DNA of 64,000 bases from positions 33,238 through 97,237 of the forward strand of contig CAYXSD010000002.1 in NCBI GenBank assembly GCA_964466335.1, given 5' to 3'. The notes under the pieces were generated by a model. It was given only the letters and a program-made list of their open reading frames with translations, was not told the DNA's origin and did no database searches. The stretch is from an uncultured Spirochaetales bacterium (GTDB taxonomy: Bacteria; Spirochaetota; Spirochaetia; SPDA01; CAYXSD01). A program made the translations under genes and the position numbers. This document shows positions 1-9,372 of the stretch, piece by piece; position 1 is the stretch's first letter; each line of letters starts with the position of its first letter.

Positions 1-414
1 TTTTTGAGAAGAGAGATATTCCGAAAAGGTTCCAAAATCGCTGAATTCCTTCGAGGCCGCGGTAGGGATATTGTAAGATTTCATAAAATCCTTTGAGAAA
101 GCCTTACTTGATTCCAGTTGGGCCGCCTCTCTGTGCGGACCTACCGTAGAAATTCCTTCTTCCCGAAGTGCGTCTGCCAAACCTTCCGCTAAGGGATCTT
201 CCGGACCAATGAAAGCGAAGTTTACCTGTTTTTCTCGACAGTAACGAATAACCTCTTCAGGATTGTGTATGTCCAGGTCTGGATTGTTTTCTCCTATTGC
301 TGCGGTTCCGGCGTTTCCCGGGGCTATGAATAAACCAGATAGGCGCTTACTTTTAGTGAATTTCCACGCAATAGTGTGCTCCCTTCCGCCGGAGCCTATT
401 ACAAGTACTTTCAA
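1..414 (-). CDS. purD: Phosphoribosylamine--glycine ligase, N-terminal part only (gene continues beyond the window start)
   Basis: Not in the ORF table because it has a TTG start. Reverse-complement translation from 414 gives LKVLVIGSGGREHTIAWK...FIAPGNAGTA...IGPEDPLAEGLADALREEGISTVGPHREAAQLESSKAFSKDFMKSYNIPTA, which is a classic PurD N-terminus. A GGAGGGG RBS lies 7 nt upstream of the TTG. It sits in a pur gene row with purN, purM and purF. Confidence 0.75.
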   Translation of the reverse strand, partial: MKVLVIGSGGREHTIAWKFTKSKRLSGLFIAPGNAGTAAIGENNPDLDIHNPEEVIRYCREKQVNFAFIGPEDPLAEGLADALREEGISTVGPHREAAQLESSKAFSKDFMKSYNIPTAASKEFSDFGTFSEYLSSQK

Positions 415-496
415 ACTTCCCCTCCTATAGACATGTAAAACATGAGAGACATGTGAGGTCCTTTCAAAATGATTTTTGAAAATAGATGATGTACCA

Positions 497-1075
497 CTAC
501 TCCTCCTCTCCAATGGAATCAAGTATATCCATTATAACCTTAGGGTAGTAGGTATGTTCAAGACGATGAATCATCTCTTCGATCTCTTCCAGGGGTTCCT
601 CTCCTCTCCGCTCAAAACTCTTCTGGAGGATGATAGGACCTGTGTCGAGCCCTGAGTCTACATAGTGAATAGTAATTCCTAATTCCCGATCTTCCGAAGC
701 ATAACTTTTCTCAATTCCCCTTTTTCCCGGGAATCGGGGGAGAAGAGAGGGATGAATATTGATAATTTTCCCCGGATATGCTTTTAGGAAATGGGGAGTG
801 AGTAGTTTCATAAAACCGGCAAGGACGATGAGCTGAGGAGAATACTTTTGAAGTATAGAGAGGATTTCCTCCTCCGCCTCTTCTCTTTGACGGCCCCTAT
901 ACGAAACATAGTATGCCGGAATGGCAAACTCTCTCGCCCGTTCGAGTACAGGGGCCCTCTCATCATTACAGATAAGGCAGCAAATGTGGTGGGGCCTCCC
1001 CTGAACTGTCTCGGCGATCCGTTGAAAGTTGCTTCCTCGGCCCGAGGCGAATACGGCGCATTCTGCCATTCTCAT
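497..1075 (-). CDS. purN: Phosphoribosylglycinamide formyltransferase
   Basis: 192 aa. The N-terminus (AVFASGRGSNFQ) and the overall Formyl_trans_N fold motifs fit PurN. Its start overlaps the purM stop by 4 nt. Confidence 0.8.
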   Translation of the reverse strand: MRMAECAVFASGRGSNFQRIAETVQGRPHHICCLICNDERAPVLERAREFAIPAYYVSYRGRQREEAEEEILSILQKYSPQLIVLAGFMKLLTPHFLKAYPGKIINIHPSLLPRFPGKRGIEKSYASEDRELGITIHYVDSGLDTGPIILQKSFERRGEEPLEEIEEMIHRLEHTYYPKVIMDILDSIGEEE

Positions 1076-2058
1076 TCTCCTTTTGCCCGTGTTTCTGTAG
1101 AACGATTTTCAACCCTCCCGATCTGGAAAAGACGGATCCCCTCTTCTTCCGCCACTGTAAAGAGGGAGTGTTTGTCTTCCTCTTTTGTTATTAGGGCCAA
1201 GCCGATTCCCATATTAAAAACTCGGCGCATCTCCTCTTCTTCGATTCCTCCCAGGTCACGTATAGCCTTGAAAATAGAGGGGAGTTCCCAATCCCACGTA
1301 AAGGAAGCGCTATGCTCCTTCGACAGGAGACGATGGACATTTCCGAATAACCCGCCGCCGGTAATATGGGCCGCTCCGCGGACCCAGCCATGTTGGAAGA
1401 GGGTCTTCCACTCACGGTAGTAAATCCTTGTTGGTGTAAGGAGTTTTCTGCGGAGGTCTTTCTCCTCCTTTGGAATCGCCTTGCGGGCAAGGGAGAGCCC
1501 GTTGGAGTGGATACCTGAAGAAGGAATTCCTAAAATGGGATCTCCCGCTGCAATAGCTTCTTTTTTAGGCAGAATTTCTCCCTTTTCCGCAATGCCCACA
1601 CAGAATCCGGCAAGGTCGAAATCTTCCTCGCTGTATACATCGGGCATTTCCGCGGTTTCACCGCCTGTTAAAGTGCATTGGGCAATTTCACATCCTTCCA
1701 CAATTCCTTTTACCAGATCTTGGAGGACCTTCTCTCTAAGGCTGCCGCAGGCGAGATAGTCTAAAAAGGATATGGGAGAGCAGTTGCATACCAGAAGATC
1801 GTTTACGCACATGGCCACCAAATCTATTCCTAAGGTATTGTAGGTCTCCATTTCTTTGGCCAAGAGCACCTTTGTACCCACTCCGTCCGTAGTGGAGAGG
1901 AGGACCGGTTCGCTGTACCGGGAGAGGGGGAGTTCTACACCGCCGGCGAAGCCTCCCAAACCGGAGGAGACCCATTTTGACGGAAGAGAACCTATAAAAC
2001 GGGCAAACCGGTCTCCTTTTTCTATGTCAACACCTGCTTCTCGGTATGATTTTGCCAT
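1072..2058 (-). CDS. purM: Phosphoribosylformylglycinamidine cyclo-ligase (AIR synthetase)
   Basis: 328 aa. It begins MAKSYREAGVDIEKGDRF and carries AIRS N- and C-domain motifs. It is translationally coupled to purN. Confidence 0.85.
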   Translation of the reverse strand: MAKSYREAGVDIEKGDRFARFIGSLPSKWVSSGLGGFAGGVELPLSRYSEPVLLSTTDGVGTKVLLAKEMETYNTLGIDLVAMCVNDLLVCNCSPISFLDYLACGSLREKVLQDLVKGIVEGCEIAQCTLTGGETAEMPDVYSEEDFDLAGFCVGIAEKGEILPKKEAIAAGDPILGIPSSGIHSNGLSLARKAIPKEEKDLRRKLLTPTRIYYREWKTLFQHGWVRGAAHITGGGLFGNVHRLLSKEHSASFTWDWELPSIFKAIRDLGGIEEEEMRRVFNMGIGLALITKEEDKHSLFTVAEEEGIRLFQIGRVENRSTETRAKGE

Positions 2059-2119
2059 AAAGAGCTCCTTTTACTTCTTCTCATCCCCGTTTTAAGCTTC
2101 TTGTTAATTGAGCTTCTCG

Positions 2120-3529
2120 TTACTTCTCTATCTTTTTGGGGTCCACCGGATAGTCTCCGCTGAAACAGGCAAAACAGTAATCATGCGGATGTGCAACGCA
2201 TTCCTTCAGTTTTTTAAGGGGGATGAATTTCACCGAATCTGCCCCAATAAAGCGGGCAATCTCGTCCGGGGACATTCTGTTAGATATAAGTTCCTCCCGA
2301 GTGGGAATATCTATTCCGTAGTAACAGGGATTGGTAATTTCCGGGGAGGACAACCGGAGGTGTACCTCCTTAGCTCCGGCTTCTTTTATTAAACGGACTA
2401 AGATACGGCTGGTGGTGCCCCGAACGAGGGAATCGTCTACCAGGATTACCCGCTTTCCCCGAATGGCCTCCTTAACCGGATGGAGTTTCATCCGAACTGC
2501 CAATTCCCTTTGGGCGGTGGTAGGAAGGATGAAAGAACGCCCGGCATAGTGGTTTCGGGTAAGGCTCATATCGAAGGGGATCCCCGAACGCTCGGCATAC
2601 CCTAAGGCCGCGATATTTCCGGAATCGGGTACAGGGACAACTACATCGCCGTCAAAAGAATCGCAATCCGCTAAGGCGGCACCTATTTTCTTTCTCATAA
2701 GGTGAACAGAAGTGTTAAAAACCTTTGAATCGGGTCTGGCGAAGTAGATGAGTTCAAAGACACATTGGCTCTTTCTCTTCGCGGATACCGGAGGAGGTAA
2801 TCGGTCGGACTTCATCCCTTCCCTATTAATGCGGATTATCTCCCCTGCTTCAACCTCTCGGTAGGTGTCGGTTTGGAGGATGTCTAAGGCGCAGGTTTCA
2901 GAAGCAGCCATGACCATCCCATCCTTCTCTCCGATATAGAGGGGGCGAAATCCCCAGGGGTCTCTCATAACGAGAAGGTCGGGACCATGGGCCATAACCA
3001 TACTATAGGCGCCCTCGAGCCGTTTTAGTGTATTGACAAGGGCGCTGTAGAAGTCTGTTTGATTTGACCGTGATATCATATGAAGAATGAGTTCGGTATC
3101 CGAGGTGGTCTGAAAGATCGACCCCTCCTCAAAGAGCTCCTGCTTTAGGATTTCCGTGTTGGAAATGTTACCGTTATGGGCAAGGGCGAGGTTTCCTTTG
3201 TTACAGGAAACCACAATAGGTTGGGCGTTTTCTAGTTTATTCCCCCCCCGAGTGGAGTATCTGACATGTCCTATCCCAACAGTAGTGGAGTGACTGTCCT
3301 TGAGGTATCTTGATAAAACCGAGGACACCATACCAAGGTCTTTATAGGCGACCAGGGTGTTTTCCTTTAGATAGGCTATTCCGGCGCTCTCCTGACCACG
3401 ATGCTGCAGAGCAAAGAGGCTGTAGAAGAGGTGCTCCGGAAGGTCTCTAGGTTCCTTCGAGTATATTCCAACTACTCCGCAGTGGTGTCCGGGAGAATCA
3501 ATAAAACTATTCACACCGATGTATATCAC
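2120..3529 (-). CDS. purF: Amidophosphoribosyltransferase
   Basis: 469 aa. The N-terminal CGVVGIY after Met marks an Ntn glutaminase domain, and a C-terminal PRTase motif (VILVDDSLVRGTTS) follows. A C-terminal Cys cluster suggests an Fe-S-type PurF. Confidence 0.85.
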   Translation of the reverse strand: MIYIGVNSFIDSPGHHCGVVGIYSKEPRDLPEHLFYSLFALQHRGQESAGIAYLKENTLVAYKDLGMVSSVLSRYLKDSHSTTVGIGHVRYSTRGGNKLENAQPIVVSCNKGNLALAHNGNISNTEILKQELFEEGSIFQTTSDTELILHMISRSNQTDFYSALVNTLKRLEGAYSMVMAHGPDLLVMRDPWGFRPLYIGEKDGMVMAASETCALDILQTDTYREVEAGEIIRINREGMKSDRLPPPVSAKRKSQCVFELIYFARPDSKVFNTSVHLMRKKIGAALADCDSFDGDVVVPVPDSGNIAALGYAERSGIPFDMSLTRNHYAGRSFILPTTAQRELAVRMKLHPVKEAIRGKRVILVDDSLVRGTTSRILVRLIKEAGAKEVHLRLSSPEITNPCYYGIDIPTREELISNRMSPDEIARFIGADSVKFIPLKKLKECVAHPHDYCFACFSGDYPVDPKKIEK

Positions 3530-3622
3530 CTCAGGTGTCTAAGGTCAAGTATTAACGGAGGCTGCGTCAAGGCGGAGGCCGCAGCGGAGTCGGTGCAGCG
3601 TAAAATTGGTTTTTCTAAAATG

Positions 3623-5368
3623 TTAGCGGGAACCGCCTGTGGCCATATCCCGCTCCAGCTTGTCCGCCTCTTCGGAGGCAAGGACCGGTCCTCCCGGCTG
3701 TGTCCTGGATTTTATAAAAACGAGGGGATCTCTTAACATACTATCTTCGTGGATTTCGAAATGTACATGTGGTCCGGTGCTGTAACCGGTGTTTCCCGAA
3801 AGGCCGATGGGTTCTCCCTTTTCTACCCAGTCCCCAAGGGAAACAAGGTGCTTGCTAAAGTGACCGTATCTGGTAAGAAGATTATTCTCATGTTCGATAA
3901 TTACCATCTTGCCCAGTCTATTGCTATACCCTGAGAAGATTACTGTACCCGCTTCATAGGCATGCACAGGAGTGCCAATGGGTATGCCAATATCAATTCC
4001 ATTGTGAAAGCGCCCCCATCTTGGACCGAAGAGGGAAGTAATAATCCCTATATCCGGTGGAAGGATTTGGGAGGAAATAAGGATATCATCGGGGGTCCGG
4101 TGGGTACCCCGGGTAACTACTGCTGTACGAGGCGTTTCTAATAGGCTCGTTTCTAGTATTTCCTCATCCAAAATTCTGCCATTTTCCGTTCTTACCCGTT
4201 CAACCACTTTTTCACTTCCGTGCTTTCCTGAAGTCTCAACAATGTATTCTGTCCGATAGAGGTCTTCATCGAATTGTATTATGGTTTTAAATGGGATGTA
4301 GCGTTTATACTCCCGGTTGTAGGTTGCCTGGAGTGTAAAAAAGGGTTTTGGGACAATGAGATTTAATACGTCTCCGGGGTAGATATAGTCAGGATCAATA
4401 TCTGGATTGGCTTTTATCATCTCTGCCATGGACATCTCGTATTTTCTGGAGATACCCCATATTGTTTCTCCGGTTTGGACGGTGTAGGTCTTCTCTTCCC
4501 TGGTCCCCTTTAGAAGGTAGAATAACGCCTCCTCAACACTGAGAATATTATCCGCGGCGGTAAGTCCCGGAACAATCTTAGGTTCTTCTTTGAAAGAGTG
4601 GGACACTGAAAGAATAATGGTCCCTTCTTTCTCCTCAGGCAGGTAGGTTTCAGCAATGGCATCGATTACCTTCTCCGCCTCTTCCAGAGAGGAGAGGGAG
4701 ATTAAAGGCCGTACTTCATTACAGATTTGAAATCCCCACCCGTAGCCGCCTAAATGTATCCTTAGGGCCTCTTTTGCCGCCTCCAGATTGAAGGGAAATC
4801 GTTCTGAGATAATTTCCCGCTCATAAAGGGTTACCGCGGATTGGAGGGTTCCGGTGTTTTGCAGCCAGGGGATATCTTTATCCAATTCATCGATAAGGAG
4901 GTGAAAAACCTCTTGGGAAGGCAGGGTGCAGAGGGTTTTTTCTTGGAAGGACACATCCACCACTTGCAGAGTCTGCGGTTTTTTCGGTTCCGGTTTGATA
5001 ACGATAGAGCTAAGAGCCGAAAGAAAAACCAGACTGAGGAGAATGTGCAGAGTAAAGGTAATAAAGAAAAAGAGATACCCCCTTTTCTGTCTCAACCTAT
5101 TGCCTATAGGCTTTATCGATTGTAAAGCTATTGCAAGCTGCGCAACCGTGTTAAAAATAGTCCGCCATGGGAGTATGGGTTTCCTGCCCGCGGCCCTTTT
5201 CCAGAAGAGGGATATTTTTCTTCGAGCCTCTGTTACGAGGAGTTTCAGGCGGAGAAAAGCGGCTTGAATGTTCGTGTGCAGATGTTTTCCCTGAAAGAGG
5301 AACCATCTTTTCAAGAATGGTCGAAAATGAAGGTTTTTTTTAATGAAAGAAAGAAATCTATCGACCAT
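3623..5368 (-). CDS. Membrane-anchored M23 family metallopeptidase with a LysM domain
   Basis: 581 aa. It has an N-terminal TM segment and a LysM motif (YTVQTGETIWGISRKY...GDVLNLIVP). The C-terminal M23 motifs are HNGIDIG...GNTGYSTGPHVHFEI. Confidence 0.75.
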   Translation of the reverse strand: MVDRFLSFIKKNLHFRPFLKRWFLFQGKHLHTNIQAAFLRLKLLVTEARRKISLFWKRAAGRKPILPWRTIFNTVAQLAIALQSIKPIGNRLRQKRGYLFFFITFTLHILLSLVFLSALSSIVIKPEPKKPQTLQVVDVSFQEKTLCTLPSQEVFHLLIDELDKDIPWLQNTGTLQSAVTLYEREIISERFPFNLEAAKEALRIHLGGYGWGFQICNEVRPLISLSSLEEAEKVIDAIAETYLPEEKEGTIILSVSHSFKEEPKIVPGLTAADNILSVEEALFYLLKGTREEKTYTVQTGETIWGISRKYEMSMAEMIKANPDIDPDYIYPGDVLNLIVPKPFFTLQATYNREYKRYIPFKTIIQFDEDLYRTEYIVETSGKHGSEKVVERVRTENGRILDEEILETSLLETPRTAVVTRGTHRTPDDILISSQILPPDIGIITSLFGPRWGRFHNGIDIGIPIGTPVHAYEAGTVIFSGYSNRLGKMVIIEHENNLLTRYGHFSKHLVSLGDWVEKGEPIGLSGNTGYSTGPHVHFEIHEDSMLRDPLVFIKSRTQPGGPVLASEEADKLERDMATGGSR

Positions 5369-5421
5369 AGTAAGCTCTTATAGATAAAGCATATCCGAAG
5401 TCTCTCTTGTAAGTCAAGAAA

Positions 5422-5457
5422 GCGCATATATAAAAACGTACGTTTTTATATATGCGC
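5422..5457. promoter_or_regulatory. Perfect 36-bp palindrome (GCGCATATATAAAAACGT|ACGTTTTTATATATGCGC)
   Basis: Seen directly in the sequence. It lies in the 148-bp gap between the zwf stop (5517) and the peptidase start (5368). It could be a bidirectional hairpin terminator for zwf or an operator for the peptidase gene. Confidence 0.5.
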
Positions 5458-5516
5458 AGCAAGACTTGGAGACCTAAGTAGTTTCTCCATGCCTCTTCAT
5501 GCTACTTAAGGCAATT

Positions 5517-6884
5517 CTAAGAACAGGATGCCTGGTAATTATCAAAATCTATCCAATCAACGTTGAGGCAGGAGTCCGGGACGCTCCCTTGGGGATAGGT
5601 CCCGCAGTCCGCTGTATCCAGTGCCGGGGCGATTTTTTTCCAGGCAAGTTCCGTTTCTTCCGAGCTTACGAAAAGGGTTTGGTCTCCCCGAAGCGCGTCA
5701 AGGAGGAGTTTTTGGTAAGCCTCTGGAATTTCTTCTTGAAAGGAGCTGCGGTAACAGAAATTCATCTGTGTAGTGGTAATGCCCATATCACTTCCAGGAA
5801 TTTTAGAAGATAGATCAACAATGATTCCTTCTGCCGGTTGAATTCTGAAGAGGATGATGTTGGGATTTAGCTTGTCTTCCTTATTAAAGAGAATTCGTGG
5901 AATTTTCTTAAAGCGTATCCCTATTTCCGTCCCCTTTCTTGGAAGGGCTTTCCCTGTCCTTATGTACACGGGCATTCCCGACCAAGTGTAGTTATTAATG
6001 TAGAGTTTTAGTTCAGCGTAGGTTTCGGTATTAGATTCCGGGTCCACCCCTTCAGTGTCCCGGTATCCCTCGTATTGGAGCCGCGTGGAAGAGTGGAGTT
6101 CCACTGCTCTCAGAAGGTTTTTTTTCTGCACCCTAATATCCTCTGCTTCCAAACTGACTGGAGGGTCCATAGTAACCAAAGCTAACATCTGAAGAAGATG
6201 GTTTTGCACCATGTCCCGTATTATTCCTGTTTTATCAAAATATTGACTCCTCTTTCCCACTCCCTCATCTTCAAAACCATTAATCTGGATGGATTCTATG
6301 TAGTTACTATTCCAAACAGGGTGAAACATAAGGTTGCCGAAGCGAAACACCAAAATATTTTGGACAGCCTCTTTCGCTAAATAGTGGTCTATCCGGTAGA
6401 GTTGACTTTCATCATAGTAGGTGAGGAGGGTTTTGTTTAGTTCCCGGGCAGATTCATAGTCTCTACCAAAGGGTTTTTCAATAATAAGGTTCGAATCTTC
6501 ACGAAATCCCTCATTGTAGATTTCTTTCGTTACCCCGGCATAGACCGAGGGGGGAAGGGCGAAAAAGAATATAAAACGATCAAAATTTCCAAGAGTCGTA
6601 ACGAATTTTCTTAGGCCTTGGATGTATCGATGATAGTGGAGAAAGGCCTTAAAATCCTTTCCAATACTGAACTTGCTGCGAAATTCCTCCGTACTGAAAT
6701 CACTTCGGCCTGAGCCTATAATAGCGACGGTGTCATCTATTTCGCCCTTTTTATAAAGGGTGTGTAAGGCGGGGATGAGTTTTTTTTCGGTAAGGTCTCC
6801 TGATGCTCCTAAAATAATAATAGCAGTGTTCTGTATCGGTTTCTTCATAGTTTCAAGCGTAATAGATTGGGTATGGGAAGGCAA
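5517..6884 (-). CDS. zwf: Glucose-6-phosphate 1-dehydrogenase
   Basis: 455 aa. The N-terminal Rossmann motif is IILGASGDLTEKKLIPAL and the active-site region is RIDHYLAKE. The G6PD C-domain is present. Confidence 0.85.
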   Translation of the reverse strand: MPSHTQSITLETMKKPIQNTAIIILGASGDLTEKKLIPALHTLYKKGEIDDTVAIIGSGRSDFSTEEFRSKFSIGKDFKAFLHYHRYIQGLRKFVTTLGNFDRFIFFFALPPSVYAGVTKEIYNEGFREDSNLIIEKPFGRDYESARELNKTLLTYYDESQLYRIDHYLAKEAVQNILVFRFGNLMFHPVWNSNYIESIQINGFEDEGVGKRSQYFDKTGIIRDMVQNHLLQMLALVTMDPPVSLEAEDIRVQKKNLLRAVELHSSTRLQYEGYRDTEGVDPESNTETYAELKLYINNYTWSGMPVYIRTGKALPRKGTEIGIRFKKIPRILFNKEDKLNPNIILFRIQPAEGIIVDLSSKIPGSDMGITTTQMNFCYRSSFQEEIPEAYQKLLLDALRGDQTLFVSSEETELAWKKIAPALDTADCGTYPQGSVPDSCLNVDWIDFDNYQASCS

Positions 6885-6976
6885 TAGCTAAAAATTGAAT
6901 AATCGAATAAGGTATTGACAGATAAAGAATTATTTGATAACGTCATGCTTCATAATGTTACAGGGGAGGTATTTCA

Positions 6977-7243
6977 TTGCCCACAAGTGTCAATGCCGCT
7001 AAACGAATGCGGCAGAACGAAAAACATCGGTTAAGGAATCGAAAAATAAAGAGCAGCCTTCGTACGGAAATTCGCAGATACCTGGAAGAGGTGCACAATA
7101 AAAATGCGGAAGCTGCCTCTACCCAGTATAAGATAGTCTCCGGCCTTTTAGATAAGGCAGCTGGTAAAGGTGTAATCCATAAAAATTTTGCGGCCCGAAA
7201 GAAATCGAGACTGCAAAAAAAACTCAATCATATAGAGGGTTAA
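6977..7243 (+). CDS. rpsT: 30S ribosomal protein S20
   Basis: 88 aa, basic, with AAKRMRQNEKHRLRNRK characteristic of S20. It has a TTG start and a GGGGAGG RBS 7 nt upstream. Confidence 0.85.
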   Translation: MPTSVNAAKRMRQNEKHRLRNRKIKSSLRTEIRRYLEEVHNKNAEAASTQYKIVSGLLDKAAGKGVIHKNFAARKKSRLQKKLNHIEG

Positions 7244-7353
7244 AAAGCCTAAAGCCTATTAAATAGCTTGCACTTACTATTGGCCGAGGTTCTTGCAGCA
7301 TTACAAAGGGAAAGGCCTCATTGTGGGGTAGAACTTTTTTAAAGGGGAGTTTA

Positions 7354-7677
7354 GTGAGCAAGGATAAACTCACCAAAGCGAAGATAATTGAACATATTTA
7401 CGAGAACATGGATTCTCAGACGAAGATTTCCCGTAAAGATATTCACAGTGTGCTAGATTGTTTTTTTAATGAGGTAGTAGGAGCATTAACCCAGGACAAG
7501 ATTATTGAACTTAGGGGCTTTGGGACCTTTGAAGTGCGCACCCGCAAGGGAAGGAAACGGGCCCGGAACCCAAAAACCGGCGAAATACTACCTGTGAATA
7601 CTCATGGTGTTGCCGCTTTCAGACCGGGTCGGGATTTGAAGAACCTCGTCTGGTCTGTTCGCGAACCTTCTCAATAG
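7354..7677 (+). CDS. HU/IHF family DNA-binding protein
   Basis: The ELRGFGTFEVRTRKGRKRARNPKTGE...VAAFRPGRDLK arm motif is typical of HU/IHF. The likely start is the GTG at 7354 after a GGGGAG RBS. The longer ORF from 7321 is probably an over-extension. Confidence 0.7.
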   Translation: MSKDKLTKAKIIEHIYENMDSQTKISRKDIHSVLDCFFNEVVGALTQDKIIELRGFGTFEVRTRKGRKRARNPKTGEILPVNTHGVAAFRPGRDLKNLVWSVREPSQ

Positions 7678-7685
7678 GGTCAGAT

Positions 7686-9314
7686 ATGAAAAAGACGGTA
7701 ACGCCTCTTAAAAATCCGAAAAAAGGGATTTTTCTCCGAGGTGTGCTGATTGAATTAGCCCTTCTTATCTCTGCCGCTCTCCTCTTTTCTCTGGCATTTC
7801 CCAATTATCTTTCCTCTTGGGGTTTTTTCCCGCTGGGGTTTATCTGTTTCATCCCCCTGGTCCCCCTTATACACCGGTCCGGTTGGGTGCGGGTGTGTAT
7901 CTATGGGTTTCTCTACGGTCTTTTTTCATATAGTCTCTTTAACTTCTGGCTTTTAAAATTCCATCCCCTGGCTATTTTTATCGTCCCCGTGATATACGCT
8001 TTTTATTTTCTCCTTCTCTTTCCCGTCTTCAAACTGGCGGATACCCTGTTTCCCCGCTGGGGATATATTGTTCAGTGCGTTATCTGGTTGGGGTATGAAT
8101 ACCTTAAAACTCGAGGATTTCTTGGATACTCATACGGCATCATTGGGTACTCCCAGTACCTCTTTCTTCCCCTGGTTAGATTCTCCACTTTGACCGGGAT
8201 CTGGGGGGTTAGTCTTATTACCCTTTATCCCTCTTTTTTTCTTGGATACGCCTGGAAGGCGGGATACTTCAAGAAAGGCGTTTCCGGTTTGGGGGAGTTT
8301 CTAAAGAGGCATCGGGCGGAATGGATACTATACGGGGTGGTTTTTATCGGGGTTTTAGGCTACGGAATTGCCTCAAAGGCCGACCTGGAAGGGGTAGAAA
8401 CCCGCAAAATGGCGCTTATTCAACACAATGTGGACCCCTGGAAGAGCGATTATGAAGCCTCGCTCAATCTTTTAACTGAATTGAGCAGCCAGGCCATGAA
8501 AGAGAATCCGGACATGGTGGTGTGGTCGGAAACCGCCTTTGTTCCCTCTATCGAGTATCATTCTAAACACCGATACAACAGAGAGATGTACGACTTGGTA
8601 CTCAGTTTAAAGGAGTTTCTATCGGAGCAACCGGTCCCATACGTTCTGGGAAACGACGATGGTCAACAGCGGCGAATTGGAGGAGATGAACGAATAGATT
8701 ACAATGCCGTTTTTCTCTACGATGGAGGGTTTGTGGAGAAATATTGGAAGATCCATCTTGTACCCTTCACCGAGAACTTCCCCTATCAGGACATTCTCCC
8801 CGGTATTTATAACGCCTTGAGGGCAACAGATACCCATTTCTGGGAAAAGGGTTCGGAATATACCGTTTTTGAGGCGGCCGGAATTAAATTCTCTACACCT
8901 ATTTGCTTTGAAGATACCTTTGGCTACCTTTCTCGGAAATTTGTCCGTCGGGGCGCGGAGGTAATAGTAAATCTTACTAACGATTCTTGGTCCTATTCCA
9001 CTGCTTCCATGATGCAGCACATGGCAATGTCTGTGTTTCGGGCCACGGAGAATAAGCGCTCTGTTGTTAGGTCCACGAACGGTGGTTTGACTTGTATTAT
9101 CTCTCCTAACGGAAAAATCCTCTACCGACTCCCAACCTTTACTGAGGGGTATCTGGTGGGAGATGTTCCCATCTATACAGAGGAGGACACCTTGTATACT
9201 CGCTTCGGAGATTATTTTGGAGCAGCGGCCCTCTTTATCGCCCTGGGACTTCTCCTTTTTGGTATTATCCGTTGGTCCGTAAATAACAAGTTTGCAATTA
9301 GGAAAGTAGAATAA
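7686..9314 (+). CDS. lnt: Apolipoprotein N-acyltransferase
   Basis: 542 aa with a multi-TM N-terminal half. The C-terminal CN-hydrolase domain carries an E/K/C triad in VVWSETAF, KIHLVPFTE and STPICFEDTF. Confidence 0.8.
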   Translation: MKKTVTPLKNPKKGIFLRGVLIELALLISAALLFSLAFPNYLSSWGFFPLGFICFIPLVPLIHRSGWVRVCIYGFLYGLFSYSLFNFWLLKFHPLAIFIVPVIYAFYFLLLFPVFKLADTLFPRWGYIVQCVIWLGYEYLKTRGFLGYSYGIIGYSQYLFLPLVRFSTLTGIWGVSLITLYPSFFLGYAWKAGYFKKGVSGLGEFLKRHRAEWILYGVVFIGVLGYGIASKADLEGVETRKMALIQHNVDPWKSDYEASLNLLTELSSQAMKENPDMVVWSETAFVPSIEYHSKHRYNREMYDLVLSLKEFLSEQPVPYVLGNDDGQQRRIGGDERIDYNAVFLYDGGFVEKYWKIHLVPFTENFPYQDILPGIYNALRATDTHFWEKGSEYTVFEAAGIKFSTPICFEDTFGYLSRKFVRRGAEVIVNLTNDSWSYSTASMMQHMAMSVFRATENKRSVVRSTNGGLTCIISPNGKILYRLPTFTEGYLVGDVPIYTEEDTLYTRFGDYFGAAALFIALGLLLFGIIRWSVNNKFAIRKVE

Positions 9315-9372
9315 TGTACCTACTGCTATATGCTGAATTGACAAGAAGTCGGATGTATAGGAAAATAAGCAC

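Noticed and set aside
848-2095. Several plus-strand and minus-strand ORFs of 79-190 aa inside purN and purM
   Set aside because: They are antisense or out-of-frame to clear PurN/PurM coding sequence. The compositions are Arg/Ser-rich, as is typical of shadow ORFs.
3530-3622. GC-rich repeated GGAGGC/CGCAGCGG segment between purF and the peptidase gene, as a possible terminator
   Set aside because: Only 5-bp stems with large loops are present, with no adjacent T-tract on the minus strand. It is not convincing as an intrinsic terminator.
6470-6495. T-loop-like GGTTCGAATC string
   Set aside because: It lies inside the zwf coding region with no other tRNA features.
6915-6921. TTGACA upstream of rpsT as a promoter
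   Set aside because: No acceptable -10 element lies at 16-19 nt spacing. The nearest TATAAT-like hexamer (CATAAT) is about 30 nt away.
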